Positions 27,301 to 44,979 of a stretch of 64,000 bases of DNA are shown here, piece after piece; position 1 is the first letter of the stretch, and the number at the start of each line of letters is the position of its first letter. The translations under genes and the position numbers were made by a program. Source of the DNA: Yuukianura sp. NJ FZ-2021 (lineage: Eukaryota); the NCBI GenBank assembly GCA_046563655.1, contig CM102285.1:12524001-12588000 (forward strand), in the 5' to 3' direction. The notes beneath the pieces were generated by a model. That model saw only the letters and a program-made list of their open reading frames with translations. It searched no databases and was not told the DNA's origin.

Positions 27301-28711
27301 TTGGGTAATGTTTATCCAATTTAGCAACACAAGCATGAAACGGAAATGGACCAGAGCCAACTTTGTGACACTTTTTGTAAGTTTTTTTTTTTGTTGTTGT
27401 CGTGCGAAAGAGGCTCGTGCAATACAGAAAAACGGTTTTGTCTCTGGAGAAAGTGACTAGTCGAATTCTCATATTTTTGTAAGATGCGGATATAAAGTTA
27501 TGAACGTCGTGTATTTTCCATTGTGCTAGTCAACAGTAGTTTTGTAAGATTTGGAAATTCGTCCGTGTTCAGAACAAGAACGGAGTCTAGGGACTCTGTG
27601 CTGTCATAAGGATTCAAGCAATCTCCCCTGTTCCCGAATGTTCTTTACATTTTTTGAAACTTCCAAGTGAGTTGTTTGTATTCAAACAAGATATTCTGCA
27701 AAGGAGAAAAGTTTTTGAACGATACTAGAGAAAGTTGCATGGTTAAGGGAGAGGGTTGCTGTAGTGTTCGGAACTTATCCTAAACTAACCAGAAACTGAT
27801 GGAATATCTCACTTTGTGTCACACCCACCATTTACCACTTTCACATGAACTTTCTTCAAAACTTTTTCAAGAACGACACAACCCATCTATTTTGTTGTGC
27901 ATTTTTGGAAAAACAGGCAAGGCGAGTTTAGTGTAGAGTAAAATTTAAAAAAAAATTCGGGAACGACTAAAACCAATATGGGAAATGAAACCGTTTGGAT
28001 GGAGAAAGTCGTTTGCAAAAATGTTTGAAGTGGCGACCGACTCTGCAAAGTCCACAGTGTACACGGAAACAAGTGAAGAGTGAAAATAGCCACAGGAGAG
28101 TTAACCATTTTCGTTTGTGTCGTTTCTTTTTCATTTGTGTGCTAAACTTCAACTTTTTCCATTTGCCAATTCCATTTGTTTTGTTCATGTTTGGAGAGAG
28201 CCGCAAGGGAGTACGACTAGGATTAGGACGTTAGATCTGGATGCTGCTCAAATGGAGAAACATTTGTTCCCTCTAAACATCTGGGAGGCTGTTGGCATAA
28301 GGGCAGCCTGTTTTGGATACTTTTCGTAACCTAAGGCCTGAATTTGCAAAAAGTAAATGAGACTGTTACGATATTCTGCTCATGTTGCCAAAAAATGTGC
28401 AGGAAAACGGAGAAAGTTTGCAGGAACTTTTTCATTTATTTTTGTGCTTTTTGCTTTCCTGGAGGTTAGCATGATTTCCCTGTTGGTAAAGTAACGTAAC
28501 CTAACAAATGCAAGTACTTACCATAAGCACAGATGGAACTTAGGGTGTCGTTGTGACCTGGACCAATTTTTGGGCATGGGATAACGCTATGGCAGGATGT
28601 GGGGTCACGGGGGTCATCAGGGGTAAGCATTTGGTGGAATACAAAACAGTTTGTGTTGATTAGGCTAGAGGTTTTGGACAATTTGAAAGAAGAGCTGGAT
28701 TAGGCTATGCT

Positions 28712-29519
28712 TAGGGGTCGGAATCCGGATTTTGGCTCCGGATTCAAATCCGGATTTTTGACGGATTCGGATTATCCGAAATCCGGATTTTTAAATACTG
28801 AAATCCGGATTTCTGCGTATTTCAAGAGCTATTCGAGGGCATGTGCGGTATCAAAAAAAATAGCCAACCTCAGATTTACTCAATTTCAGGGTTCGCAAAA
28901 TACCGTATTTTGTATTGATGTGCCAATGTTGTGCCAATGTTGTGCTAATGTTGTGCTAATGTTGTGCTAATGTTGTGCTAATGTTAAGCCAATGTTGTGC
29001 TAATGTTGTGCTAATGTTGTGCCAATGTTGTGCCAATGTTGTGCCAATGTTAAGCCAATGTTGTGCTAATGTTGTGCTAATGTTGTGCCAATGTTGTGCC
29101 AATGTTAAGCCAATGTTGTGCTAATGTTGTGCTAATGTTAAGCCAATGTTGTGCTAATGTTGTGCCAATGTTGTGCCAATGTTAAGCCAATGTTGTGCTA
29201 ATGTTGTGCTAATGTTGTGCCAATGTTGTGCCAATGTTGTGCTAATGTTAAGCCAATGTTGTGCTAATGTTGTGCCAATGTTTCATTTTTTTTCAACACT
29301 AGTAATTTGATTCAAAAAATAAACATTTAGAATTTATCATCAAGGTTTTAGCTACGAGTGTTTCCAACCTGCATTTCTGACAGCTTAAACCAATTTTGAA
29401 TTTCTTATGGGAGTTAACACAGAAATTGAAATCCGGATTCAAATCCGGATTTCAGGATTGAAATCCGTCAAAATCCGAAATCCGGATTTCAAGAAACCCG
29501 CTCCGGATTCCGACCCCTA
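28712..29519. mobile_element. Non-autonomous hAT-type element (MITE) with 18-bp TIR and 8-bp TSD
   Basis: TIR TAGGGGTCGGAATCCGGA / TCCGGATTCCGACCCCTA. Identical TSD GCTATGCT at 28704-28711 and 29520-29527. Multiple subterminal AATCCGGATT palindromes. An 8-bp TSD with a TAGGG end is typical of hAT. Confidence 0.9.
28918..29282. repeat. 11-bp tandem repeat (TGTTGTGCTAA / TGTTGTGCCAA / TGTTAAGCCAA)
   Basis: About 33 directly visible units inside the hAT MITE. Confidence 0.95.
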
Positions 29520-32500
29520 GCTATGCTAGAAAGGAGAAATCGTGTAGAAAAAACTGAAAAACTTATGATGCTCTATGGTCTGGAATTGTTAGGATTGTTT
29601 TAAAGTTGTTGGGTTTAGGATTTTAAAATATTTTGGGAGAAAGTTGGCTGTAAAGTGAAAGTTTTGAGCATGAGGGAACAACAGGATTAAAATTCAGTGA
29701 GGATTGACCTGAAAAGTAGGCCAAAGTGAACCGTGTGTTGATGACTGGTGGTGGTGCTTGTTGGTTTGGAAGTTAGTGGAGGTCGTTAGTCCCAAAAAGT
29801 TGAAACTATCGTTAAATCAAGGCACATGCTTGTACTTTACTTGTTACGGAATTTCTCTGAGCAACACGAAACAGAATTTGAGTAAAAGTTGGGCACGGCA
29901 AGTTTTGTTTCTGCAAAAGAGCATGTAGTGCTTCCACTTTGTCATACTTTTGTAAATACTTTGTGACCTTTGTGTTTTAGGGAGCAGAGCGTAAATATGA
30001 GAACATGCTTGTGTCAGCCAATAAATTGTCATTGTGATACTCCGCAACATACCAGGATAGTTGCTTTAATTAAAAGTTCCAGGAACAGACGTGGTTTGTA
30101 AAGTGGTTGGCCACAGAGCGGTTCCTTTGACATATCCTGCTCCTCCGTCAGATTTAGTTTCCATTTTGAGCTCTTTTCCTTTTCCAGACGGCAAAAACAG
30201 ATTTGGTTCTAAGAAAAGTTCTAAAAAAAATTCTACTTTCGAAAAAGTACTCAAAAAACTTTGGGAATCTTGAATTTTTTGAAAAGTGAATTTGGAACAG
30301 GGCCGGAGGTATCTTTTCATGAGAAGCTGGCCTAGGGCAGTATAGACTGTGTCAGGGAAAGTTGAATTTTAGGAATGGCGCAGCGAGCGTAAAATTATGA
30401 AAATGACGTTTCCCTCCTCTTTTCAGCCTGTTCTATTCCAGTTCCATTTCAAAGTAATAGAAAGAAGATTAGGGCAATGGGATTAAGTTGATGGAAATGG
30501 AAGTAGAGGATTCGGTGGATTATTGAGAAACGCTATAGACTGGAGTAACCAAAATGAGGGGCCCGCTAACTTCGAATTATAATTAGGACGAAATATGAAA
30601 TGGCGGGATAAGGGGGTACTTGAATGCTAAAAAAAACTGTTTTCGAGTGCCGATATTTGCAATAGATGGGTAAATTTTTAACTCTAAAGTGAAAGTTGCG
30701 AGCTACACGCGATAAACAATTGGAAGAAAGTTTTGTTTTTGTAAGTTTTTAAAGAAGTTGTGTTGGTTTGGGTTTTGATATGGCCGGGATCCAAAAAAAT
30801 TTTTGGAACTAACTTGCTTGAGGAAAAAAGTGAACGTAAGTGGATTTTGAAAGTGCTTTCTTACCTGTCAAATGTGATTTATACTATTTTTGTACTTTTC
30901 CTATTTCACATGCAAAAGTCACACAGCTTGTCTCTCTTTGATACTGCGTTAGATAATTTTGATGGGAATAAGAAATTCGGTTAAGGTCTTTTGACTCAAA
31001 GTGAAATGGAAAATGGAAGAAAAGAGAAAGTCACCGAAAAAAGTCAATTTTCATTTATTCGATTAAATCGCTTCTTTTCACGTCTACTTTTTCTTATTTC
31101 TTGGTGTCTGTGTTTGGTTCAATGGAAAGATCAAGAAAGGCAGTGCCAGAGACCTCCCGACTTTCTCCCCTCCTCTTATGGCTTCTCTTTTTTCTTCCAC
31201 TTTTTACGACATGACTTGGGCTTGGCGAACTGGCAAAAGTTAAGTCTTTGGCCAAGTCCTGGAACTGGAGCAGCTTCAGTAGCAGAAGTCGTCATGAAGG
31301 AAAAGTTTAAGAGGCTTTTTTACTAATGGGAAATGGAATCTTCTGTAAGATGCGTTTAGTGATTTGGATTTTAGTGCGGCCGGAGAGAGATGGAAAAGGC
31401 TGTATTATGTAATAATATGTGAAGGAAAGAAGTTAGGGGCAGGGTGAGAAAGTGGAGCATATTGGAAATGGGGATTGGTGAAAGCATTCTCTCGCTTTTT
31501 TCATTCCATTTTTTTTTATTTCGGAGTATAAAGGCAGGCTTGAGTTTCATCTATTTTTTATTTTTTGACTTTCACCGACTTTTGATACTCTGAAGATTTT
31601 TTCTCATGCATTTATTTGATCCTCTTCTGTAAAGAGAAAAAATGGAGTAAATTGAAGATGAGAAAAATTGAGAGTGGAGATTACGAGGATTATCGTCACT
31701 TTCTCCGCTTTTTTTTTACCGTGTCAGTGTTAGTTTCTGATGCAGCTTTACCTGTCCTCGTTCAAAATGTTGAGTTCATGATTTTGAAGCCGCCAAGAGA
31801 TCGAAAATTTAAGACAGTAGAAAGTGTTTTGATGTGCAAAGTTCCTCGACAACCTTCAGCCTGACTTTTCGTATTTGTATCAGGTTGGGGTTTTTAACAA
31901 TTCCATACTAAACAGCAAGAAAAATGAAAAATCGGAGCGAGAAAAATTGTCGAAAATATGACAACCACTTTGTAAATTTTTCTGGATTTCACTGTATTTT
32001 GCTTTTCTGAGTATTTTTTGGAGATTTTGTTGGAGGATTTCGAGATTTCATCTTCATCTGAAAGAGTAAAAAGAGTCTGACCCTGTGATTTTTTCTCTCC
32101 TAGAAGATTATATACATACGGTATGAGATTTCTTGGAAGTCTGCTGGAGATTATTTTATTCTAAGAATTTTTTTTTACTTTCCAGACTCTCCTAACTTTT
32201 TTTCTCCTTTTTGCGAAAAAAACTGTCCTAAAGAAATTTTGAATTTATGACTTTTTGAAGAGGAGAGTTTTGAAAGCTGACGTTTTTTCCAGCAAAGCGT
32301 CCGTCATTACACTCTTCTTAAAAGCTACATTTTGAATTCCAGTCTTGTCTTTTAGTACTGGAAGATGGAATTGAAAAAAGTCCTTATCTTTATTCAGTTT
32401 TGCTCTTAAGTAAACAGTTTCTCAGGTGCTTTCCATCCCGAAGAAACTTTACAAGATAACCCGTTCAAAATTTATGGGCCTCTCTAACACTAATCGTTTC

Positions 32501-35500
32501 ATTTCTCGTCTTCTTCTCAATTTCTAATAGCAAAGGCTTTTGCATTTGTTTGAACAGAGATTTGGGTGGGAATGAATTGGATTTAGAATAATGTTGTGAG
32601 ATGCTCACCCTCTTTTCCGTGGTTTCGAGGTTGCTTAAACCCCTCTTTTTTTACAAGTTCAGTTTCAGCTCATGTTTACTTAACAGAATCTTGGTTTTAC
32701 TTGTCGAAGGGCTTCTTCTGTCACATGTAAAGTCAATTTGAGGCTATGGAAAAGGGCAGAGATGGATTTGGATAGGGTTACGTTACTTAAAAACTTTTTT
32801 GTTTCAACTGATTTTGGTGACTGTAGAGTTGAAAAGTAAAAATGATACACTGAAAAGTTGATGGCACTTTCTCTCGGTTTGTTTGAAGTGCTGATTAACT
32901 CTTAATAATGAAAGTGAAAAAGTGAGTTAATGGAACTTTAAGTTAATTTTTTGCTTTCAGCATTGTGTTTTTCCTGATTGATAGAAAAGTAAATTAAAAT
33001 AGGCCTTGTGATGAGTGGCGTATGTTTACATTGGGCGTTTCAAGTTGTTTGAACTTAATTGGAACAATCGTCGCTAAAATTAGGGCTAACTGGCCACTCA
33101 ACTTAAGTTTCTTAAGTAGGATGAGTAATAGTTGAGATAAAGATTTATTTGACTTGTTATACTTTTTAAAGTGCTAAATTTCTTCACACTTGTAATCAAT
33201 TGTTACAAGGCCGTGCTTTTTTAGGTAAAGTTATCTTTTTCTTTTAAAAACATGCCATTTTTAAATCTTTCTTCCCGTAAGTATTAAATTATGTGACTGG
33301 TTAACGTTAGTTAAGTTTTCAAACGCGGGTAATAATGAGATTCCTTTGCGTTAATTACTGTAAATCGGCAGTTACGCAACTGGCTTCGCTTGGCAAGAAA
33401 CTGAATGAACTGTTTAATTTTTGTCTTTTAGATCATTTTATGCAGAGAAAAACCTGTTATGCTGAATTGAAAAAATTGAAAATGTGGTTGAGATTCTTAG
33501 AAATTTGATCTCTGTAAGAAGAGTGACAATGAAAAGTTTTTAAGTTTTGTTTTTGCTTAGTAGTGTAGGGGTTGATGGGTATGTGGATTAATTATCGCTG
33601 TTGGAAGAATGGACAAAGATGCAATCGTAGGCTTAAATCTCATGTTCTTCACTTGCAGTTATGTTGCTTGACGACTCTGCATTTTGCAACGAACTGGTTC
33701 AGTTCCTAAGCGATAGTGACTCTGTATGCGAGGTCAACAGGATCACATCGAGTGACATTGGATTGGAGGAGATTTACGACAGTACTTTGCTCACAGTTTT
33801 GTATTTGTTCTTCCCATCATGCTGTCTTTGAGTATGTAAAACCATGGCTTTTATTTATTATTCTAGGTGTTAGGAGTACCTGTTCAGGTACAGTTTGAAT
33901 CTTGGTTCATCTAAATACTCGTCCTGATCTAACAATTGTGTGGCCTCAGCCACTTAGGAGGTAACAGGGAGCGGCATTATTCCTGGAGATCAAAACACTT
34001 GAAAAGTTAGGGTTAGGAAGAAGGAGGTTTGTTGCGTAATATGGTAAAATAATAACGCGTCTTGTAGTTATTTAGCAGTTAGTGATTTGAAAAGCATTGT
34101 TATTCTTATTTGTAAGAACTCCACTTGGGAGTAAAGTGCTGGTAGTACTTGAAAAAGTATTAGGAAGGGAGTGTTAAAGTGTTTGTTGAAGTTGGTAGTA
34201 AGGAGTTTGGTGAAGTCAATTTGCTAATCACATTTTATCATTCAAGTGACGTCTGACAGCTCCTGAGAAGAAGATGATCTTCATGTCATAATTTGTTCTT
34301 CAGTTGCCAAGTCGCGTGCCAGTAGATTGCTAGACTTTGAGACTTTTCCACTCTTGTCTTCAGATTTCTGTGCCGTCGTTGGCCTTGGATGTAGCTCCTG
34401 AAGGGTTAATTAAAGAAAATTGAAATTTACACCTTGTGTCTGTGTGTGATTTTTCACACTTTAGCAAAGCCGTAAAACAAAGCAGAGAACTTGAGATTTT
34501 CCGATGAACGGTGAGTGAAAATTTGTCAGAAATTTGCTGCAATTTGGTGCCGCTTGAAACTATTTTGGAAAAAGACCATGTTTTAAAATATCGTACAATA
34601 GATACGATAGTACTTCGTTCCCAAAATTGAGTTTGAAATTATTATTTTTTACAATCCATAAACATTCTGTACTTTGTTTTTAAAATTTACTGATTTGAAA
34701 AGTAGAATAACGGAGAAGTCTGCAATTTTGGTTTTGAAAATTCGAGATTTTTTTAAAAGTAAACTTGTCCGAAGCATTTGAAAGATGTTTCAACTGGTAC
34801 ATGGTACTTAAGGTACAGAGGCTTTTCTTGCTATTTTTCCCTGTAATCTTTAACAATCGTAAGTAAAAAGTTGAGTTCTGCGAAATCAGTTTCTCAATTC
34901 ATGTTTCTGTGGACAAAAATGCTCATATGATAGGAACACGTCTTAACTTCTTCGTCCATGAACATAGCTTTCAGAAAAATTTTCGAAACTTTCTCCTCTT
35001 GTGGTAAAAGTGGCCGTTAACTTTATGAAATTTCCGCGAGAATAAGCGAAGTAACAGAACATTTAAGTTGGTGAAAGCAATTTGAGTTTTTATGATCTAG
35101 AATTTCGCGATAGCGATTTCAATTTGTACAATAATTTTTGACAAAGCTTATGAAGACAAACCGCAAAATGCTTTGTCAACAACTGCAGTTTCCTGTGCTT
35201 TTAGTTTAGAAATGCGACGGGTACGCGTCAAGCTTGTTTAATTCGAAATTTTGTTTATTTCTTCTTCGTTACGCCATTTGTATAAATGGTTGCTATAGCA
35301 ATCTTGGGTACGCGTAATCTCCATTTCTACTTGACCCGTAAAAGTTTAATGGAAAAGATGAAATCAGCAATTTTGCGTTTCTGTTTGCACAAATAACGAA
35401 GCTAAGCGGCTTCTTTGTAAAAGAAGTCAAGGCTGATGACCTAAATTAGGAAAATTCTAATTAGAAAGTGGGATGCCACTGTTTTTAGTTGTGAGTTCGC

Positions 35501-36076
35501 TTGCGGTTCTTTCGTTACCATACATTTTATACCGCAGCGTTCCAAGTCATACCGCAGCGTTTTACGAACGTCAAGGTTAAGTTTTATTCCGAAGAATTTA
35601 GAGTTCTCGGAATAAGAATTGAAATACGAAACGACCGATTACAAGGAAGTGAAGTGTTAAAGGTTATCAACGTCCGACGATGGATTCAGAATTTTCTGTT
35701 TACATTTGAACTCTGGTTTAAGATCCTCCAGGGATTTTATTTCAGTTGAACATGAGTCATGTACAACGATCTAGCGTCGATGATTGATGGGTTGTTGTTC
35801 TGGCTGCGACCGGTGTTACATTTCTGGTTCTAATTCTACTAAAGTTTATCTTATCCATTGTTCATACAACGCTCTTAGCCTACGTACTTGTAGTTCTATT
35901 GATATTAATTTACGTTGGAACGTTTTAACTTATCAACCCTTTCATTTTATGTTTATAGGCACTGGGAGATAAACTGGCTCTTCCAGTTCCTAGGAAAAGC
36001 AGGACGATTCATAATTTCGGACCAGTGGGATGTGATCGCTTCGAAGACTACTGCTTCTGCTGAAGAACACGAAAAT

Positions 36077-38668
36077 ATGGCCGCCACGGTGCGACGAAAC
36101 AGCTTTGTCGTCAACCTAGGCCGCTATTGGCCCACGACGCTGACACTTCTACTCCTCTCGACCTTGATTTCAACAGTTCATTGTGTATGCCCGAGCGGAT
36201 GTGCTTGTGACGACGAAAACTTACACGTCAACTGCGTTGACGCAAACCTTGACTTTGTGCCCATCACTCTCAATCCACTCGTGCAGAAACTGTTGTTGAA
36301 AAGCAATCGAATCCGAAGCGTCGAATCGGGGTTTGCTTTCTACCATGAATTGAACTACATTGATTTGTCCCACAATCATCTCCTCAAGATTTCACAAGGA
36401 AGTTTTTCAACACAAGCAAAGTTGAACGAGCTGCATTTAAATAATAATAAAATCACGTCGTTGAGCAACCTAACTTTTGGGAACAGTGCCGGAAACCGCG
36501 GGCTGCCGTCACTCATCCACCTCAACCTCAGAGTCAATTTACTTGAGAATATTGAGCCTGGAACTTTCATCTACACTCGAAGCCTGCGAGAGTTGGATCT
36601 TGGTGAAAACAGCATACGAGAAATTAATTCAAGTACATTTGCCGGTCTTGACAAGTTGCGAATTCTTCGACTGGATCGAAATGAACTTCGGGTAGTTCCT
36701 GGAGTTTTCTCAAACGGAACTCCGAGCAGTAACTTTGGGCAATATCCTGTCAACGGAGGCGGTGGTTCCTTGAGTCAACTCGTGGAACTGTTTCTAGGCA
36801 TGAATCCCATTGACACGCTGGGGAAAAATGCTTTCACAGCTCTCATCAACTTGGCCGTTCTGGATCTGAAGGGATGTCATTTGAATTCTATTGACCCTGA
36901 AGCCTTTCGTGGACTCTCGCAACTCAAGAAACTAATTCTATCAGACAACGACTTGAAGGCAGTTCCCTCTCCAGCCTTTGCACCGCTGCGACACTTGGAA
37001 ACGCTCAAAATTGGACGGAATCCTATTTCAAAGTTGGGAGCCTATGCCTTCAGTTCCCTCCGGGGACTCAAGGTTATGGAAATGAGCGGTGCTCCAGAAC
37101 TGGAGACTGTCGATGTCGTCACATTTGTTTCCAATTTGGATTTGGAAGTTATAGAGATCTCAAGCGCAAAGAAACTGCATGCCTTGCCTCCGAAGCTCTT
37201 CAAAGGGATGAGCAGTCTTCGGAATTTAATTCTGAAGGTACAGCATTCAACAAAACCCGTCATGCTATGAATTTTTGGAAAGTTTTTAATGTTGTGTTTG
37301 AAGTTTTCGAATTTTTTGAACAACGGATCTAGTAATATATATTTTTTATGTAATAATAATATCATAAAAACGGAGCCGCTCCTCTTGAGCAAACTTGAAG
37401 TGCTGTCGCGGACTTACGGAAGTCTCCTCATGAGATGAGTAAATTTTTAGCATTATCGAAAATGATGCTCTTCCTTTTCAAAAACGTTGGGTCAAATGAC
37501 TCGTTTCCGAAAGTAAGTTTTTTGTAGAGTCCAGCCCTTGGTAAAGTAAATATTTGCGAAAGAGGTAGATAATTTCGTGCCACGCAGCGTTTGTTTTACT
37601 GTACCTGGTTGGTTGGAAAGTATTTTTAGGTTGAATTTGCTAATGTGCGTTCTTTTCTTTGTTTTGCAGGACAATGCACTTACAACTCTACATGAAGACT
37701 TGGCTAGCTGGCAAAGTCTCCGCGTTTGTCGCTTGGAAGGGTACGATGTACAATTGCTACAAAGATTTAAAATTTTGAATGTGAAAAATCATTTGGCTAA
37801 AAATTATTTTTATTTTAGGAACCCGTTCCGCTGTTCCTGTGATCTTCTGTGGCTCCGTGATTTACTTTCACTGCCAAGATTCAAGAACTCCTCATTCCTC
37901 GTCCTCTGTGATGAACCCCGAGAGGTCCATGAGAAGCGAATTAGTTCCTTGTCTGAAAATGACTTGGACTGCTACCTCAACGGACCGATGCAGAAGACGC
38001 TCCTCGGCATCTCCATTGCGGCTGTGGTGATTCTCCTCGCCATCCTCTTCTTCGTCCTCTATCGTTTCCATGATAGAATTAAAAATTCATGCAAGAGAAA
38101 CTGTTTTCGCCGAGGACGTAATTCGGGGCTCCGCAAGTCTCAGAGGGGCAATTCGACGTCTACAGTCAAAGCGTCGGAACATGACACGTCAACCAAAACT
38201 TCATTTCTGAGTCAGTCAGCCTACCCATACTCGGATGAAGAGTATGCTCTAAGGACAAGCCTTATGTCACCGTCACCACAACCTCCCAATGGCTCGTCGT
38301 CAATTCACGGCGGCGGTGGTCACCACGGTGCCCTCAACGGTCCCTATTCAACACATTCCCTCAACCCTAATAGCCTTCAGCGTCACTATCCTATTCATAG
38401 TTTGTCTCATCCACACTTTCACTACCAAACGCATGGACCACCGTATGTTCATGGACATCCCAATGGGACGCTACCACTTCCGCACTATGGTGACCCCGAG
38501 TATGAAACGCCAGTTAACTTGGGACTTGGAGGAAGCGACCCCTATGCTGATTCGCACCACTATGCTGCTCCAATGCTCAATGGCTTCAATGGTCACTCCA
38601 GTCAGCATCCAGTTCACTATAGCAATTCTCACCAAATCCAGAAACCGATTCCTGTGACGGAGTTATAG
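36077..38668 (+). CDS. trn/caps: Tartan/capricious-like LRR transmembrane protein, 3 coding exons (36077-37237, 37670-37740, 37819-38668), ~693 aa
   Basis: Signal peptide (TLTLLLLSTLISTVHC); LRRNT CPSGCACDDENLHVNC...VPITLNP; LRRs with FYHELNYIDLSHNHL; LRRCT GNPFRCSCDLLWL; TM segment LLGISIAAVVILLAILFFVLY; C-terminal KPIPVTEL as in Drosophila Trn/Caps. Confidence 0.88.
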
Positions 38669-39739
38669 CGCCATGAGAATTCGTATTTTAGATACTAGTT
38701 AGAACCTTTGTTTAAAGTAACTTTAGAGTTCAGATTGTAAATACGCCTAGAATTTATTTAATTTGATACTCGTTAATTAATTTAGGGGTCACATTAACAC
38801 TCTGTAACTAATTTAATACTGATTCTTTGTTGTATTCGTCGATTTTTTCCTAATTGTGACCGATGTTGGTCTTCACTGAATCTTGTGTATTCTTTGCTAA
38901 AAATGAAAGACTCGTTCCCATTTTGAACAGAAAATGGAGAAATGTTAGTTTAACAAAGGCAGCTTAACTGTACAAGTGTATTTAAAAACTGGAAATATGA
39001 ATTTAGATTGTGTGATACGACTTTGGTTTTAATTTGAGAGCTTTAAAAGTTCAGGGCAGCTGCCAATTTTAGTATTTCCACCTACCTTTTGAAGGAGCAA
39101 TGCACTAAAAAGCATTCAGGTTGATCTTTGTGTTTAACTTACGTTTAGACTTAAAATAAAAACGAACAAAGACAAAGACATTTATTTTTGCTCAAAAATA
39201 ACGTAGTATTTTTCTTCAAAAATGTCTTAAAATGTTTCTAATCCTTTGTAGATTGAGTTCCTCCTGTTAAAATATTAGTTGAGTTAATTAAGGGATTTAA
39301 AACTTGTTAAAATTAAAATTAACCTTGTCACAACTTTCACTTGTGCGTAAACCAACAAACATCCCAAAGCAATATTTCCAAACCCTGATCGTCTTTTAGA
39401 ATCTAAACTTAAACCAATATAAAATAAATTTAAGTGTAACTTAAAAATCGTTCTTTGATTATCTTGATTCTAATTACTTTTGAATTTGTCTTTAGCGTGT
39501 ATGACTCTAGTCATGTATTCAATGATGTCACTTCCTCCACCCAGTTCCATGTTTTTGAGCATCTACTTCCATCTTTGTTAAGCACTACACGATCGTGATG
39601 TTATGTCACCCTCACCCAGTTGTTAGAAAGTTCGTGGTGAATAAACTAAAATTTTTGGAAAGTATCTTGAGTTACCGAAATTTTCATAACCAAAGTTTCA
39701 TAGTGCTTTCAATTCCCCCTTGTAAATGCTTTCTCCACT

Positions 39740-39885
39740 TGAGAAACTTTCCCCTCCTATTCTTTTCGCAGTATGAGAATCTGCTTACTTTCCACTGGCG
39801 CTGATGCATTTGATTTTTTCACCGATCCCGAGTAGTTATCTCCTTGCAAAAAGGCCCTGAAATCCAATTGGGACGCAAAATCGAT
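39740..39885 (-). pseudogene. Inverted, frameshifted copy of a transferrin coding exon (39789-39885) plus ~45 nt of the following intron
   Basis: Reverse complement reads RFCVPIGFQGL/CKEITTR/IGEKIKCISASGK|gtaagc, versus RLCVPSGFQSLCEEMTTTRIAGKIKCISASGK|gtaagc at 48984-49080. Indels create an in-frame TAA. Confidence 0.85.
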
Positions 39886-39889
39886 CTAA

Positions 39890-40680
39890 TTAACACAAAA
39901 ATGTTCAATATTTTACAATTGGTTTCAGTTTAAACGAAAATTGAAGTTGAAGTTTCAAAATTTTGAAAATCCATATCTCTGCAACAAAAAGCGCCACAGC
40001 GATCATCGTTCACGCCATAACACGATCTTAAAGGAAGAATCTTTCAAAATTTTAAAAAGACCGAGATACCGAGAGTACAAAAAAAAAAATTGGCAAGTTT
40101 TGCCTTGCAATTTTTGCAAGTCCAAAATTTTTTCGAAATTTGGTCAAAATTTTGGGGTACCTTTTTAAAGTTTTTATAAAATTCTACATGTTTTTCTGAG
40201 TTTAGGCGTGAAGAGTTTAGCTTTCTATCGCTTTCCATTCCAAAGTGATGAATTTTTAAAGTTTTTAATTTTTTGAAATTTTCTGAAAGAGATTTAACAT
40301 GGAGAAATAGAGGAGTCAGTTTTGAAAGTGACCGGAGCTGCAAGGGGATCGTACGGCCCAGAAAGGCTACCCTGCCCACCTCAACTTTTTTTTTATTTTC
40401 CCGCACTCGCTTCTCTCGTTGGCAAAGGAGGGAGAGGAGCCTTCTTGTGCTTTGTAATCTCCTGTCAACTTCTTACAAAATCTAACTGCTCCACAACAAC
40501 TTTTTGCCCAAGCATTTTGAATTTTTGAAAATTCTAAAAATTTCAACTTCGCAACAATTTCGCCACTTGCAGCCCTCCGTTTACGTTGCAAAACATACTT
40601 CCACATGGTTTAATGCCAACTTTTTGCAAAAAATCAGTTTTCAACCTTGACAATTTGCAAAATTGTTGAAAATTTAACAT
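39890..40680 (-). repeat. Dispersed repeat copy A (inverted relative to copies at 46125-46625 and 48590-48980)
   Basis: 40170-40680 is a close reverse-complement match to 46125-46625 (near-identical spurious ORFs MWKYVLQ...). 39890-40290 matches 48590-48980 more loosely. Confidence 0.85.
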
Positions 40681-40709
40681 TAAAAAGGGTCCAATTCTTC
40701 GTGAATTTT

Positions 40710-40742
40710 TAGTGGCGGGATTTGGTGGGCCAAATTCAAATT
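40710..40742 (+). promoter_or_regulatory. Putative E2F-like site(s) and CHR-like element upstream of MCM2
   Basis: GTGGCGGGAT, TTTGGTGGGCCAAA and TTCAAA lie ~250 bp upstream of the MCM2 ATG. MCM genes are established E2F targets. Confidence 0.45.
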
Positions 40743-40975
40743 CTCTTTGTGATTTTCTTGCGGTATGCACTTTCTGTTTCTGTTTTGTTTTGAAATCGTA
40801 ATCCAAGAAGCACCGCTGTCTTTCTTTATGAGTTTTTCTAAAACAAAAGTAATCGTTTCTCGTTTGTTTCAGATTTACGTTTGGTTCGAATTAATCTTAA
40901 CGTTACATGTACCATTGTTAAGAAGAGCCTTATTGAAGTAATAATTATCGTTTTGATACTGCCAGATTAGCAAGA

Positions 40976-44979
<4,004 letters not shown>

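Noticed and set aside
1..35900. Numerous 60-130 aa ORFs in the desert
   Set aside because: F/L/K/S-rich translations of AT-rich non-coding DNA, mostly with non-ATG starts and no domains.
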